Positions 1-8,198 of a stretch of 60,283 nt of DNA are shown piece after piece. The notes beneath the pieces were generated by a model. That model ran no database searches. It had not been told where the DNA came from and worked only from the letters and a program-made list of their open reading frames with translations. Within the stretch, counting starts at the first letter, position 1. The number at the start of each line of letters is the position of its first letter. A program made the translations under genes and the position numbers. The stretch comes from Alphaproteobacteria bacterium (GTDB taxonomy: Bacteria > Pseudomonadota > Alphaproteobacteria > CAAHEQ01 > UBA3637), in NCBI GenBank assembly GCA_045611665.1, contig JAZKXP010000006.1:1-60283 (forward strand), written 5' to 3'.

Positions 1-211
1 TGAGTTTTTCAATAAGTGCCGGCCTGGCTTTGTCGGCGTTGTGTTCATGATATGCGGTCAGCGCACCGTGTTTAATGCCAAGTAAATTAAGCAAAGAACC
101 GGTTGTTCTTGTGTCCTCACAAGCGATTAAATCCGCAGACTGCAGAATCTCTATGGCACGGGCAGAAATATCCTTTAAATTTCCAATGGGTGTAGATACC
201 AGATATAACAT
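1..211 (-). CDS. rsmI: 16S rRNA 2'-O-methyltransferase RsmI, N-terminal part (gene continues beyond window start)
   Basis: Not in ORF track (truncated). Minus-strand translation from ATG at 209-211 gives MLYLVSTPIGNLKDISARAIEILQSADLIACEDTRTTGSLLNLLGIKHGALTAYHEHN, the typical RsmI/tetrapyrrole-methylase N-terminus. It is divergent from an LpoA-like gene, as rsmI(yraL)/lpoA(yraM) are in E. coli. Confidence 0.8.
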   Translation of the reverse strand, partial: MLYLVSTPIGNLKDISARAIEILQSADLIACEDTRTTGSLLNLLGIKHGALTAYHEHNADKARPALIEKL

Positions 212-268
212 ATTAAAAACCTTTAAATAAAACTTGAAAAATTCTAATAAAACATATAACATACCCTT

Positions 269-1570
269 ATGCAAAAAATCAATAAAAAAGGATGTAAAAA
301 AATGATTTGGAAAATGTTGGCTTTGACGGGATTAGTAATGACGGCCGCTTGTGGTGTTAAACAAAACGATCCGTTTATGCAACCAATGTTTGGACGAGTA
401 CCGTCTGCGTATGATATGACGGTTGGAACGGCGTCAACAAAAATTGCCGTTTTGTTGCCCTTATCCGGAAAGTCATCGGGTGTTGGGACGGATATGCAAA
501 AGGCGGCTATGATGGCCGAATTTGATAGACGTAATTTGGGGGCCGCCGTTGTGTTTTATGATACGGCCGGAACGCCGGAAGGGGCAGAAAAGGCTTTGGA
601 AGCCGCCGAACGGATTAATCCGTCCGTGATTGTGGGGCCGGTATTTTCTGCGGCAGTGGAGGCTGTGAAAGATGAAGGAACTTTTGTTCCCGTATTGTCC
701 TTTACCTCAGATACAGAGGTCGTTGAAGATGATGTTTATACATTGGCGCTGACCATACCGACTCAGGTGAATAAAATTGCGGAATATGCGTGTGGACAAG
801 GGCAAAAAAGAATCGCTGTTATCGGACCGGAAAATAAGGTCGGAGAGATTGTTATGAATACGTTGTCGAAAGCCATTCAGAGATGCCCAAATATGGATAT
901 GGTTAAGGTATCATTATATGATCCCGCAACGGTTAATTTTGATCCGGTTATTGCAAAAATCGCCCCTCAGCCGATTGATTCCAGACGTAAGGATTTAACC
1001 GATGAAGAAAAAGAATTGCTGGCTAAACCAATCAGTGAAAAGGTGGAATTTGATTCATTATTTGTTTTTGAAGACGGTGTTAAATTGCAACAGGTTATGA
1101 GTATGTTGTCCTATTATGATATTACACCGAACGATATTCCTGTTTACGGATTGTCTTCTTGGGAAGGAATGAAAATAACCGAGTTGGTCGGTGGCTTTTA
1201 TCCTGCAATGCCGGTCGCCTTATCTGCTGATTTTAACGCCAGATTTCGCCAAGCATTCGGTGCGAAACCATCTGCTTTAGCGGCATATGCTTATGATGGT
1301 GTTTCGTTGGGTATTGTTTTGGGAACGCAAGGCGTATTGAATAAACAAAAATTGTTGGATGATAACGGTTTTTCCGGTGTTAACGGACGTTTTCGTTTGA
1401 ATGAAGACGGGACGAATTTACGATTGTTGGATATGAGACAGATAAAATCTAAGTATCGTTCTGTGGTTGTTGAACAAGCTCAAACAACTATGCCTAAGCG
1501 GGGAGATAATGATTTTTGGTATGCGCCGGCGATCATTGAGGAAGAGATACCAAACAATCCGTCTTTTTAA
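269..1570 (+). CDS. LpoA-like penicillin-binding protein activator / type I periplasmic-binding-fold lipoprotein
   Basis: 433-aa ORF with lipoprotein signal (LTGLVMTAAC) and a Leu/Ile/Val-binding-protein-like fold (IAVLLPLSG...G). Divergent from rsmI. The true start may be the internal ATG at 302. Confidence 0.65.
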   Translation: MQKINKKGCKKMIWKMLALTGLVMTAACGVKQNDPFMQPMFGRVPSAYDMTVGTASTKIAVLLPLSGKSSGVGTDMQKAAMMAEFDRRNLGAAVVFYDTAGTPEGAEKALEAAERINPSVIVGPVFSAAVEAVKDEGTFVPVLSFTSDTEVVEDDVYTLALTIPTQVNKIAEYACGQGQKRIAVIGPENKVGEIVMNTLSKAIQRCPNMDMVKVSLYDPATVNFDPVIAKIAPQPIDSRRKDLTDEEKELLAKPISEKVEFDSLFVFEDGVKLQQVMSMLSYYDITPNDIPVYGLSSWEGMKITELVGGFYPAMPVALSADFNARFRQAFGAKPSALAAYAYDGVSLGIVLGTQGVLNKQKLLDDNGFSGVNGRFRLNEDGTNLRLLDMRQIKSKYRSVVVEQAQTTMPKRGDNDFWYAPAIIEEEIPNNPSF

Positions 1571-1577
1571 AAATAAC

Positions 1578-1605
1578 TTGAAATGAACAATCCTTTCTGT
1601 ATAAT
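1578..1605 (+). promoter_or_regulatory. sigma70-like promoter of the 1642 pilin-like gene
   Basis: TTGAAA (1578-1583), 16-nt spacer, TATAAT (1600-1605), about 35 nt upstream of the GGAG RBS. Confidence 0.5.
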
Positions 1606-1641
1606 ATAGGCTATAAATTAAATATGCTGCGGAGTGAAAAT

Positions 1642-3069
1642 ATGAAACATAATCAATTCGGTCGGTCCATGGTGGAGATGTTGGGGGTATTGGCCATTAT
1701 GGGCGTATTGGCAATTATGGCTGTTGTCGGTTTTAAATATGCAATGGATAAGTCAAAGGCTAATCAGATTTATCATGATGCAAAAATCGCATATGTTTCT
1801 ATGGGGGCAGGGGCTCCGTACGATTGGACGGAAACGGAATTTACACCGTCCAGCGGATTTGTGACATTCGTACGGCGTGATAAAGCAAACAGAGATTTTG
1901 TATTGGTGGAACAAATACCGGACAGTGTGTGTGATATATTATTGAATATGTCTGAAGAGGCTGGCGAGGTTGTGTTGTATTCGGCTATGAATGAGCCTAT
2001 GTTGTGTGAAGAAGAGAAACAAGATATTGTCATTTCATTTGATGGAATTCCGCCGCTTATCCCGTGTTTTGATGCTGATGAATGTCCGTCTTGGTATAAC
2101 AGTTATTGTGACCCAACAGATGAGGTTTGTAAGACATGTGAATTGGGTCAGAAAACGAATGAGTTCGGGGACGGATGTGTGGATCTATGCTTAGATCGCA
2201 CGGATAAGTATACAAGCACATGTACATCTGAAGAAGCCGGAGCCAATTGGTGTTGTCCGGATAATTCGGTGTGCAGTCATGTCGTTGGTAAGTGTATTGA
2301 AGCGGCTAACGTTTGTGTTTATGATATGGCAAAAACAAATAATACGACCGTCTATTATACGTCAACATGCAGCTATACGATGGCGCAAACCGAAATAACA
2401 CAAATGTATTATACGGCAACATGCGGATATGATTTTGCTCAATCAACGGATTCAAATGGTAATATTACAACCTCTTTTTCAAAAATTGGTAATCCGTGTC
2501 CTGAAAATCATTATTGTCGTTTGACGTGGACAAAGCAAACGTGGAATTCCGGTGAAGCAGCTCCAACCGGTTTCGCGAATGATTATACAGGTGAAATGTG
2601 GGGTGTTTGTGTACCGATGTCGGCAACGTCGGCTAATGCTCAACCGGTGTATCCTGAATCCAAAAATTTACTGACTCGTAAAAAAATGCCGTGTCCCGAA
2701 AATCATTATTGTCGTTTGATGTGGACAAAAGAAAAATGGGAATCTGGCGAAACGACTCCGACAGGTTTTGCTAATGATTATGTCGGAGATATGTTTGGTG
2801 TTTGTGTGCCAATGTCGGCGACAACTGGAAACGCTCAGCCGGTATATCCGTCTTCTGACAATTTAATGAGTCTCAAGGGTGAAGATTGTCCGGAAAATCA
2901 GTATTGTAATTTAAGATGGACGACGACGGAGAATAATTGTGCTAACGCCTCTATTCCGAATGATCATGTTGGTTTGATGTATGGCAGATGTGTGGATATG
3001 AATCAAGTTAATACGGCAGTTTGTCCGGGTAGTGTTCCGGGGATTGTGATTCCGGAAGAAGAAAATTAG
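1642..3069 (+). CDS. Cys-rich secreted/surface protein with type IV pilin-like class III signal (sub-family A)
   Basis: ORF track 1624..3069. GGAG at 1631-1634 favours ATG 1642, giving leader MKHNQFG|RSMVEMLGVLAIMGVLAIMAVVGF (Gly, Glu at +5, ~20-aa hydrophobic helix). 28 Cys. Three C-terminal ~65-aa repeats. Paralog of 31548..32906. Confidence 0.8.
   Translation: MKHNQFGRSMVEMLGVLAIMGVLAIMAVVGFKYAMDKSKANQIYHDAKIAYVSMGAGAPYDWTETEFTPSSGFVTFVRRDKANRDFVLVEQIPDSVCDILLNMSEEAGEVVLYSAMNEPMLCEEEKQDIVISFDGIPPLIPCFDADECPSWYNSYCDPTDEVCKTCELGQKTNEFGDGCVDLCLDRTDKYTSTCTSEEAGANWCCPDNSVCSHVVGKCIEAANVCVYDMAKTNNTTVYYTSTCSYTMAQTEITQMYYTATCGYDFAQSTDSNGNITTSFSKIGNPCPENHYCRLTWTKQTWNSGEAAPTGFANDYTGEMWGVCVPMSATSANAQPVYPESKNLLTRKKMPCPENHYCRLMWTKEKWESGETTPTGFANDYVGDMFGVCVPMSATTGNAQPVYPSSDNLMSLKGEDCPENQYCNLRWTTTENNCANASIPNDHVGLMYGRCVDMNQVNTAVCPGSVPGIVIPEEEN
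2494..3045 (+). repeat. three tandem ~195-bp (65-aa) coding repeats (CPENHYC..W..W..GE..PTGFANDY.G.M.GVCVPM)
   Basis: Repeat units start near 2494, 2689 and 2884. Units 1 and 2 are about 80% identical at DNA level; unit 3 is diverged and shorter. Confidence 0.8.
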
Positions 3070-3071
3070 AT

Positions 3072-3099
3072 AAAATGCCCTTTTTTGAGGGCATTTTTT
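3072..3099. terminator. bidirectional intrinsic terminator between the pilin-like gene and hemW
   Basis: AAAATGCCC-TTTTTT-GAGGGCATTTTTT hairpin flanked by A/T runs on both sides. Confidence 0.7.
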
Positions 3100-4204
3100 A
3101 TGGCAACAGCATTAAAATAAGTTCATTTAATACTAAGGTTCCGTTTAGTGTCGGGGTTAACATTTTTTTGTTGTCGGATAGGTTAATCCACCCTAAATTT
3201 TTGGCCTTTTGAATGCCGCTTCCGGATAGTCCGTCTGTCGAAAACGGTTTATGTGTTAGTCGTAATCCCATTAAGAGTTTTTCCTCAAAGCGTTCTTGAG
3301 GGGTGAGTGTTTCAATCACTGTGCCGTTTTTGAGCCACTTATCTACGGATTTTGGCGCCTCTGTAGCCGTTAGTCCAAGCCGACCATGGGCGGCCGGCCC
3401 GATACCGATGTAATCACCCCCCGTCCAATAGGTTAAATTATGCCGGCTTTCTTCTCCTTGGCGAGCATAGTTAGATACTTCATAACTTGGAATGCCGGCT
3501 TCATTCATAATACTATCGGTTAAGCGGTATAACTGCTCAGCTGTTTTTTCATCGGCCGGTGATATGTTTTTTTGCCCGAATACGGTATTTTCCTCAATGG
3601 TCAGTTGATATAAAGAATAATGAGACAGCCCCAAAGATAAAGCCGTGCGTAATTCTGTTTCCCATTCCTTTGGTGTTTGGTTAGGGCGGGCATAAATTAA
3701 ATCCATATTGAGGTGAGGGAAAATGCTTTTTGCTTTCTCAATTTTGTTAAGGGCTGTTTGAACGGAATGTCTGCGCCCCAAAAATTTTAAATCTGTATCA
3801 TTCAGAGCTTGAACGCCGATGGATAATCGATTAATGCCCAGATTTTTAAAGGCGGTCATTTTTTCTTTGCTAATCGCATCCGGATTGGCTTCTAACGTGA
3901 TTTCAATATCATCTGACAGCGTAAAAACAGTTGTGATGCCGTGCATTAGTTTTTCCATAAATGCCTGCGACATTAACGATGGGGTGCCACCACCGAAAAA
4001 AATGCTGGTTAACCGGCGATTTGTGGTTAAATCAGCCATTTGTTTTAAATCTCTGAGATAACCAGCCATCAATATTTCTTCATTTGGAGCTGAACACGGA
4101 TGGCTGAAAAAATCACAATAGGGACATTTGCTGAGGCAGTATGGCCAATGTAAGTATAGACCAAATAAGGGTTTTTGATGTGATTGCATTTGACCTCTTG
4201 ACAA
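3098..4204 (-). CDS. hemW: radical SAM heme chaperone HemW (oxygen-independent coproporphyrinogen-III-oxidase-like)
   Basis: CxxxCxxC radical SAM motif (CLSKCPYCDF), GGGTPS motif, HemN_C-like tail, 368 aa. Confidence 0.85.
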   Translation of the reverse strand: MSRGQMQSHQKPLFGLYLHWPYCLSKCPYCDFFSHPCSAPNEEILMAGYLRDLKQMADLTTNRRLTSIFFGGGTPSLMSQAFMEKLMHGITTVFTLSDDIEITLEANPDAISKEKMTAFKNLGINRLSIGVQALNDTDLKFLGRRHSVQTALNKIEKAKSIFPHLNMDLIYARPNQTPKEWETELRTALSLGLSHYSLYQLTIEENTVFGQKNISPADEKTAEQLYRLTDSIMNEAGIPSYEVSNYARQGEESRHNLTYWTGGDYIGIGPAAHGRLGLTATEAPKSVDKWLKNGTVIETLTPQERFEEKLLMGLRLTHKPFSTDGLSGSGIQKAKNLGWINLSDNKKMLTPTLNGTLVLNELILMLLP

Positions 4205-4275
4205 TTTGTAAAAAAAGGGGTAGAGTTTTAATCCTGAAGATAATTATTGATTAATCTAACAAGAAAGATAAAACA

Positions 4276-4824
4276 ATGCAAATAATAATTACAGGTCAAC
4301 AAATTAATTTAGGCGACAACTTGCGTTCTTATGCCGAAAAAGCTTTGGATGCGGCTGTTTCAAAATATTTTGCCGACGCAATCAGTGCTGATGTGCGTGT
4401 GATTAAAGAAGGCGAAGAAATCAGAACGGATATTACGGTTCATCCGATTGCCGGTGCTTTGGTGAAAACAACGGCATTTTCTGCCGATGCTTATGCTTCA
4501 TTTGATGGCGCTGTTGCAAAATTGTCCAGACAGCTCAGCCGTTATAAAAATCGTTTGACGGATCATCGTGCCGAACCGGTAGAAATGGTTGATATGGCCG
4601 TTATTGATGCCAAAGAAGACGAAGAAGAAGTCGGTGATGCTCCGGTGATTATTGCCGAAATGCAAACTGAATTACCGATTTGTACGGTCAGCGGTGCGGT
4701 TATGCGTATGGACTTGGCTGGACTTCCGGCATTGATGTTTAAAAACTCCGCTCATGGTGGTCTTAATATGGTTTACCGCCGTCCGGATGGTAATATCGGT
4801 TGGATTGATCCAAAAAATAAGTAA
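4276..4824 (+). CDS. hpf: ribosome hibernation promoting factor (long HPF)
   Basis: S30AE N-terminal domain (MQIIITGQQINLGDNLRSYAEKAL) plus C-terminal dimerisation domain. Followed by ptsN, as in rpoN-hpf-ptsN clusters. Confidence 0.85.
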   Translation: MQIIITGQQINLGDNLRSYAEKALDAAVSKYFADAISADVRVIKEGEEIRTDITVHPIAGALVKTTAFSADAYASFDGAVAKLSRQLSRYKNRLTDHRAEPVEMVDMAVIDAKEDEEEVGDAPVIIAEMQTELPICTVSGAVMRMDLAGLPALMFKNSAHGGLNMVYRRPDGNIGWIDPKNK

Positions 4825-4833
4825 GGATAATCC

Positions 4834-5289
4834 ATGAAAATTATTGATATTTTATCAAAGGATTCTATTGTTCCGAATGGGGCGTACGGCAGTAAACGTC
4901 AATTATTGGAAGAATTGGCTAAGGTGGCGTCTCGTCAAACCGGACTGGATGACAGAATTGTCTTTGATGCATTATTGGAACGGGAACGTTTAGGCACAAC
5001 GGGTGTTGGTAAAGGGGTTGCTTTGCCGCACACCAGATTGTCCGGGTTGGATAAGATTTTTTGTGCTTTTATTAAATCCGAACCGGTTTCATTTGATGCT
5101 GTTGACGGAAAACCCGTTGATTTAATCTTCTTATTGTTGGCTCCGGAAGAATCGGGGGCTGATCACCTGAAAGCATTGGCAAAATTATCTCGTATTTTAC
5201 GTGATGAAACGGCCGCCGAAGGATTGCGTCAGGCGAAATCATCAGATGATATTTATGCCTTGATTGAAAAGTATGACGCAGAAGATTAA
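4834..5289 (+). CDS. ptsN: nitrogen-related PTS EIIA (PtsN)
   Basis: EIIA-2 fold with phospho-His context GVGKGVALPHTRL. 151 aa, immediately downstream of hpf. Confidence 0.85.
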   Translation: MKIIDILSKDSIVPNGAYGSKRQLLEELAKVASRQTGLDDRIVFDALLERERLGTTGVGKGVALPHTRLSGLDKIFCAFIKSEPVSFDAVDGKPVDLIFLLLAPEESGADHLKALAKLSRILRDETAAEGLRQAKSSDDIYALIEKYDAED

Positions 5290-5308
5290 GTAGAAAAGTT
5301 AAATGAAT

Positions 5309-5336
5309 GCCCCTCTGTCAGAGGGGTATTTTTTTA
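5309..5336 (+). terminator. intrinsic terminator after ptsN
   Basis: CCCCTC-TGTCA-GAGGGG followed by a T run. Confidence 0.75.
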
Positions 5337-5362
5337 GAAAATTAATATCCCTAAAAAAATCC

Positions 5363-5391
5363 TTGACTTTTATGTATGGATAGTGTATATT
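5363..5391 (+). promoter_or_regulatory. sigma70-like promoter of the leu leader/leuA
   Basis: TTGACT (5363-5368), 17-nt spacer, TATATT (5386-5391). Confidence 0.6.
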
Positions 5392-5398
5392 CGCCCAC

Positions 5399-5467
5399 AT
5401 GAACAATAAAAAACTACATCTCTTGTTATGCTTGTTAGGAAATAATAACCATCTCCTAAGAGGGTAG
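5399..5467 (+). CDS. Leu-rich leader peptide (22 aa) of a leuA attenuator
   Basis: ATG 5399 to TAG 5465-5467 gives MNNKKLHLLLCLLGNNNHLLRG, 8 Leu in 22 codons. It lies between the promoter and a strong terminator just upstream of leuA. Too short for the ORF track. Confidence 0.7.
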   Translation: MNNKKLHLLLCLLGNNNHLLRG

Positions 5468-5490
5468 CTTTTATACATTTTTTTAAAGCC

Positions 5491-5519
5491 AAACACCCTT
5501 TTAGGAGGGTGTTTTTTTT
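5491..5519 (+). terminator. attenuator terminator upstream of leuA
   Basis: AAACACCCT (5491-5499) / AGGGTGTTT (5506-5514), 9-bp stem plus T run. Segment 5453-5465 (CTCCTAAGAGGGT, end of leader ORF) is complementary in 12 of 13 positions to 5495-5507, giving a possible antiterminator. Confidence 0.7.
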
Positions 5520-5541
5520 ATTATCTAGTGAAAGGAAAAAT

Positions 5542-7050
5542 ATGACACACCAACCATTTTTTTACGATGTAACATTAAGAGACGGCAATCAAGCTCTTAA
5601 AAAGCCATGGAATCAATCCGAAAAAGAAACAATCTTTAATCAATTGGTTTCTTTGGGGGTTCAAGGGATTGAAATCGGTTTTCCGGCTTCCAGTGATATG
5701 GATTTTGATTCTTGCCAAAAATTGGCCGCTATGGCGCCTGAAAATGTGGTGGTGAGCGTATTGGCCCGTGCCGTGGAAAATGATATTGTGAAAGCGGCCG
5801 AAGCGGTGCGTCATGCTCATAAGCCTCGCATTCATACATTTATTGCCATGAATCCATTGGGGCTTGAACACGTTCTTAAAAAAGACATTCATGAAGTGAC
5901 GGATATTGCTGTCAGGGCTGTTAGAAAGGCAAAGGAATTACTGCCCAATGGTCAGGTGGAATTTTCCGTAGAACACTTTGGGGATTGTCGTGACAATTTA
6001 CCGGATGTGATTAACGCCATTGAAAAAGTGGTCGAAGCCGGTGCCGATGTGGTGAATTTGCCCAATACGGTCGAACGTTTCCGGCCTTTGGAATTTGTGC
6101 AAATGGTGGAACAAGTTCACAAACGTATTGGCAATAAAGCCATTGTTTCTGTTCATTGTCATAATGATTTAGGGATGGCTACGGCAACAACCGTGGAAAG
6201 TTTTTTCCATGGGGCGAGTCAGCTTGAAACAACATTAAACGGTCTTGGAGAGCGAGCTGGCAATACGGATATGTATCAAGTGGCAGTGGCATTGCATAAT
6301 ACTGGCGTGAATGTACCATTAAATATGCGTTTGTTTGATAAAACGGCTCAGATGGTATCCGAAATGTCGCATGTACCTATTTGGGAAAAAATGCCGATTA
6401 TCGGGGGTGATGTCTTGGCTCATCGCAGTGGTATTCACCAAGATGGGTCCAATAAAACTAAGGGACTTAAAAAAGGGCAATACATTGCCTTTGATCCGGC
6501 CTTGGTTGGGCGTGATGACGGGGAATATTTGGGCTTTACCAGTCAGTCAGGTAAATCTGCTTTAAGAGAAATTTATGAAAATGCCGGCTATCCGATTACG
6601 TTAAAGGAAACCGAAATGTTAATGCCGTTTGCCAAAAAAATGGCCGAGCAAAAAGGCGAACTGAGTATAGAAGATTGTGATAAGCTGTACCGTGAGCATT
6701 TGTGTGCAGTGGCAGGGCCTTACCAATATGGGGCTTTTGATCGTATTCAACAAGGACGTTATGTTTTGACCTATACGGAAAATGGTCAGAAAAAAGAAAC
6801 AGTCGGTTATGGCTATGGACCGGTAGAGGCGTGTATCCACGGATTGTGTTCTTTGGGGGTGGCTATTTCCATTTTGGATTATCAACAAAAAATGTTGCGT
6901 GGGGAAGATAAAGAGGCGTCAGAAGCTATCGCAACCATTAAATTGGCCAAAGGCGACAAACAAGTTATTTGCCATGCGATTGACCGGTCAACGACACAGG
7001 TTAGTATTAAGGCTATTTTTAACGGACTTAATCAGTTGGAAAAACAATAA
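5542..7050 (+). CDS. leuA: 2-isopropylmalate synthase
   Basis: ORF track 5509..7050. RBS GAAAGGA favours ATG 5542. N-terminus FYDVTLRDGNQAL...GIEIGFPASS is the HMGL-like/LeuA signature; C-terminal LeuA dimerisation/regulatory region. A Leu leader lies upstream. Confidence 0.85.
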   Translation: MTHQPFFYDVTLRDGNQALKKPWNQSEKETIFNQLVSLGVQGIEIGFPASSDMDFDSCQKLAAMAPENVVVSVLARAVENDIVKAAEAVRHAHKPRIHTFIAMNPLGLEHVLKKDIHEVTDIAVRAVRKAKELLPNGQVEFSVEHFGDCRDNLPDVINAIEKVVEAGADVVNLPNTVERFRPLEFVQMVEQVHKRIGNKAIVSVHCHNDLGMATATTVESFFHGASQLETTLNGLGERAGNTDMYQVAVALHNTGVNVPLNMRLFDKTAQMVSEMSHVPIWEKMPIIGGDVLAHRSGIHQDGSNKTKGLKKGQYIAFDPALVGRDDGEYLGFTSQSGKSALREIYENAGYPITLKETEMLMPFAKKMAEQKGELSIEDCDKLYREHLCAVAGPYQYGAFDRIQQGRYVLTYTENGQKKETVGYGYGPVEACIHGLCSLGVAISILDYQQKMLRGEDKEASEAIATIKLAKGDKQVICHAIDRSTTQVSIKAIFNGLNQLEKQ

Positions 7051-7054
7051 AAAA

Positions 7055-7086
7055 ACGGCCATCGGTTCTCCGGTGGCTTTTTTTGT
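7055..7086 (+). terminator. intrinsic terminator after leuA
   Basis: GGCCATCGG-TTCT-CCGGTGGC followed by T7. Confidence 0.7.
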
Positions 7087-7149
7087 CATCCCTGATTGTT
7101 GAGGTAAGTAATTGTTTTGCTGTCATTCAGAGGTGTTTTAGTTGTTTTT

Positions 7150-7617
7150 TTATTCTTTGTTGTGTATCCAAGGGCGTCCTTCGCGCGTGGCCAATCGGGT
7201 GAAGCCGGCCGCCAATCTTGAGGCTAATCGTTCTGCATATCCGCGAGAAGGATGCTTAACCGATATCTTAATCGGGTGCGGCATCATAATTTGAATCATC
7301 ATTTGTTGTATTTTTGGCGAGGCATCCGATAGTATTTTTGCCACACTTTTGTCGTTTAAGTACAAATTAAAGAGCAATTCAATATCTTTTTTATCTCCGG
7401 CACGTAATAATCCATACTTATGATATGTTTTCTTAATATTTAAACGGCATTTTTTCCAAGCTCTGGCCCATTTTTCCAATGGTTTAATTGAATTTGTATT
7501 TTCCGCTTTTTGCAAGGCGTTATATAACAAATGCGAGCTCAGATCGGCGAGTCGTCCGTCATGAGTGTAAAATGTCTTTAAAATGGTTGTGTATTCGGTG
7601 TCTGAAAATCTGGGCAT
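7150..7617 (-). CDS. hypothetical protein
   Basis: ORF track 7150..7674. RBS GAAGGA favours the internal ATG at 7615-7617 (MPRFSDTEY...). No recognisable domain. Confidence 0.5.
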   Translation of the reverse strand: MPRFSDTEYTTILKTFYTHDGRLADLSSHLLYNALQKAENTNSIKPLEKWARAWKKCRLNIKKTYHKYGLLRAGDKKDIELLFNLYLNDKSVAKILSDASPKIQQMMIQIMMPHPIKISVKHPSRGYAERLASRLAAGFTRLATREGRPWIHNKE

Positions 7618-7746
7618 TTGATATTGTTCCTTCTGAGTGCGAGTATAAAATAACTGTATTATAAAAACAAACAAAAAAATAATTGCATAAAAAACAATGT
7701 CTTATGCGAAAAACAAATAAAAATATAATTTTTTTAAAAAAAGTGC

Positions 7747-7775
7747 TTGACTTTTGATTTTAAAAGGTATATATT
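7747..7775 (+). promoter_or_regulatory. sigma70-like promoter in a very AT-rich spacer
   Basis: TTGACT (7747-7752), 17-nt spacer, TATATT (7770-7775), about 115 nt upstream of the 7890 ORF. Confidence 0.4.
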
Positions 7776-7889
7776 TATTGCGATTTTTCGTTTTAAAAGG
7801 GAATTACAATTTAAAAGATTAAAAATTTGTAATAATTACAATGAATTAAATTAAAAAAACAACATCATTATAACAGAAGGGAAAAATAA

Positions 7890-8132
7890 ATGAAAAATGT
7901 TTTTAATAAAACATTAATGGGTCTTTTTGCGTTGTCCGCAGTATTTGAGGTTCAAAACTCTTTACCTCCGACACCGGAACGCTCTATTGCTAACTCTTTA
8001 CCGCCGTGTATTGAAGCACCGGCACAAAAAATGGCTAATACCTTGCCACCGACTTGGGATTCTCCGGTTAAAGTATTGGCAAATTCTTTGCTTCCGGTTC
8101 CGGAATACGGCAGAATGCACGGTCGTTGCTAA
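7890..8132 (+). CDS. small secreted protein with four (A/Q)N(S/T)L(P/L)P repeats
   Basis: RBS GAAGGGA. Signal-like N-terminus MKNVFNKTLMGLFALSAVFEV, then QNSLPPTPERSI / ANSLPPCIEAPAQKM / ANTLPPTWDSPVKVL / ANSLLPVPEYGRMHGRC. The repeat is also visible at DNA level. Confidence 0.55.
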   Translation: MKNVFNKTLMGLFALSAVFEVQNSLPPTPERSIANSLPPCIEAPAQKMANTLPPTWDSPVKVLANSLLPVPEYGRMHGRC

Positions 8133-8198
8133 TAAAGAAAAAAATAAAATATCCCCCGCCCGCAAAAAACGGTGGGGGATTTTTATTCGTGCATCCTA

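Noticed and set aside
1773-2194. Short track ORFs inside or antisense to the pilin-like gene (1773..2033 -, 1991..2194 +). The same applies to the many other nested ORFs in the track (e.g. 3819..4061, 5575..5892, 9126..9428, 21219..21950, 44106..44692, 47775..48905, 57495..59511).
   Set aside because: All are embedded in longer ORFs that have clear homology or motifs. They lack RBSs and have biased composition typical of shadow frames.
2494-3045. Regularly spaced ~195-bp repeats as a possible CRISPR-like or satellite array
   Set aside because: The repeats are in frame within a long ORF, encode a conserved Cys pattern and have no short spacer/repeat alternation. They are protein domain repeats.
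5299-5496. 65-aa minus-strand ORF between ptsN and leuA
   Set aside because: It is antisense to the promoter, Leu leader peptide and attenuator, which explain the region better.
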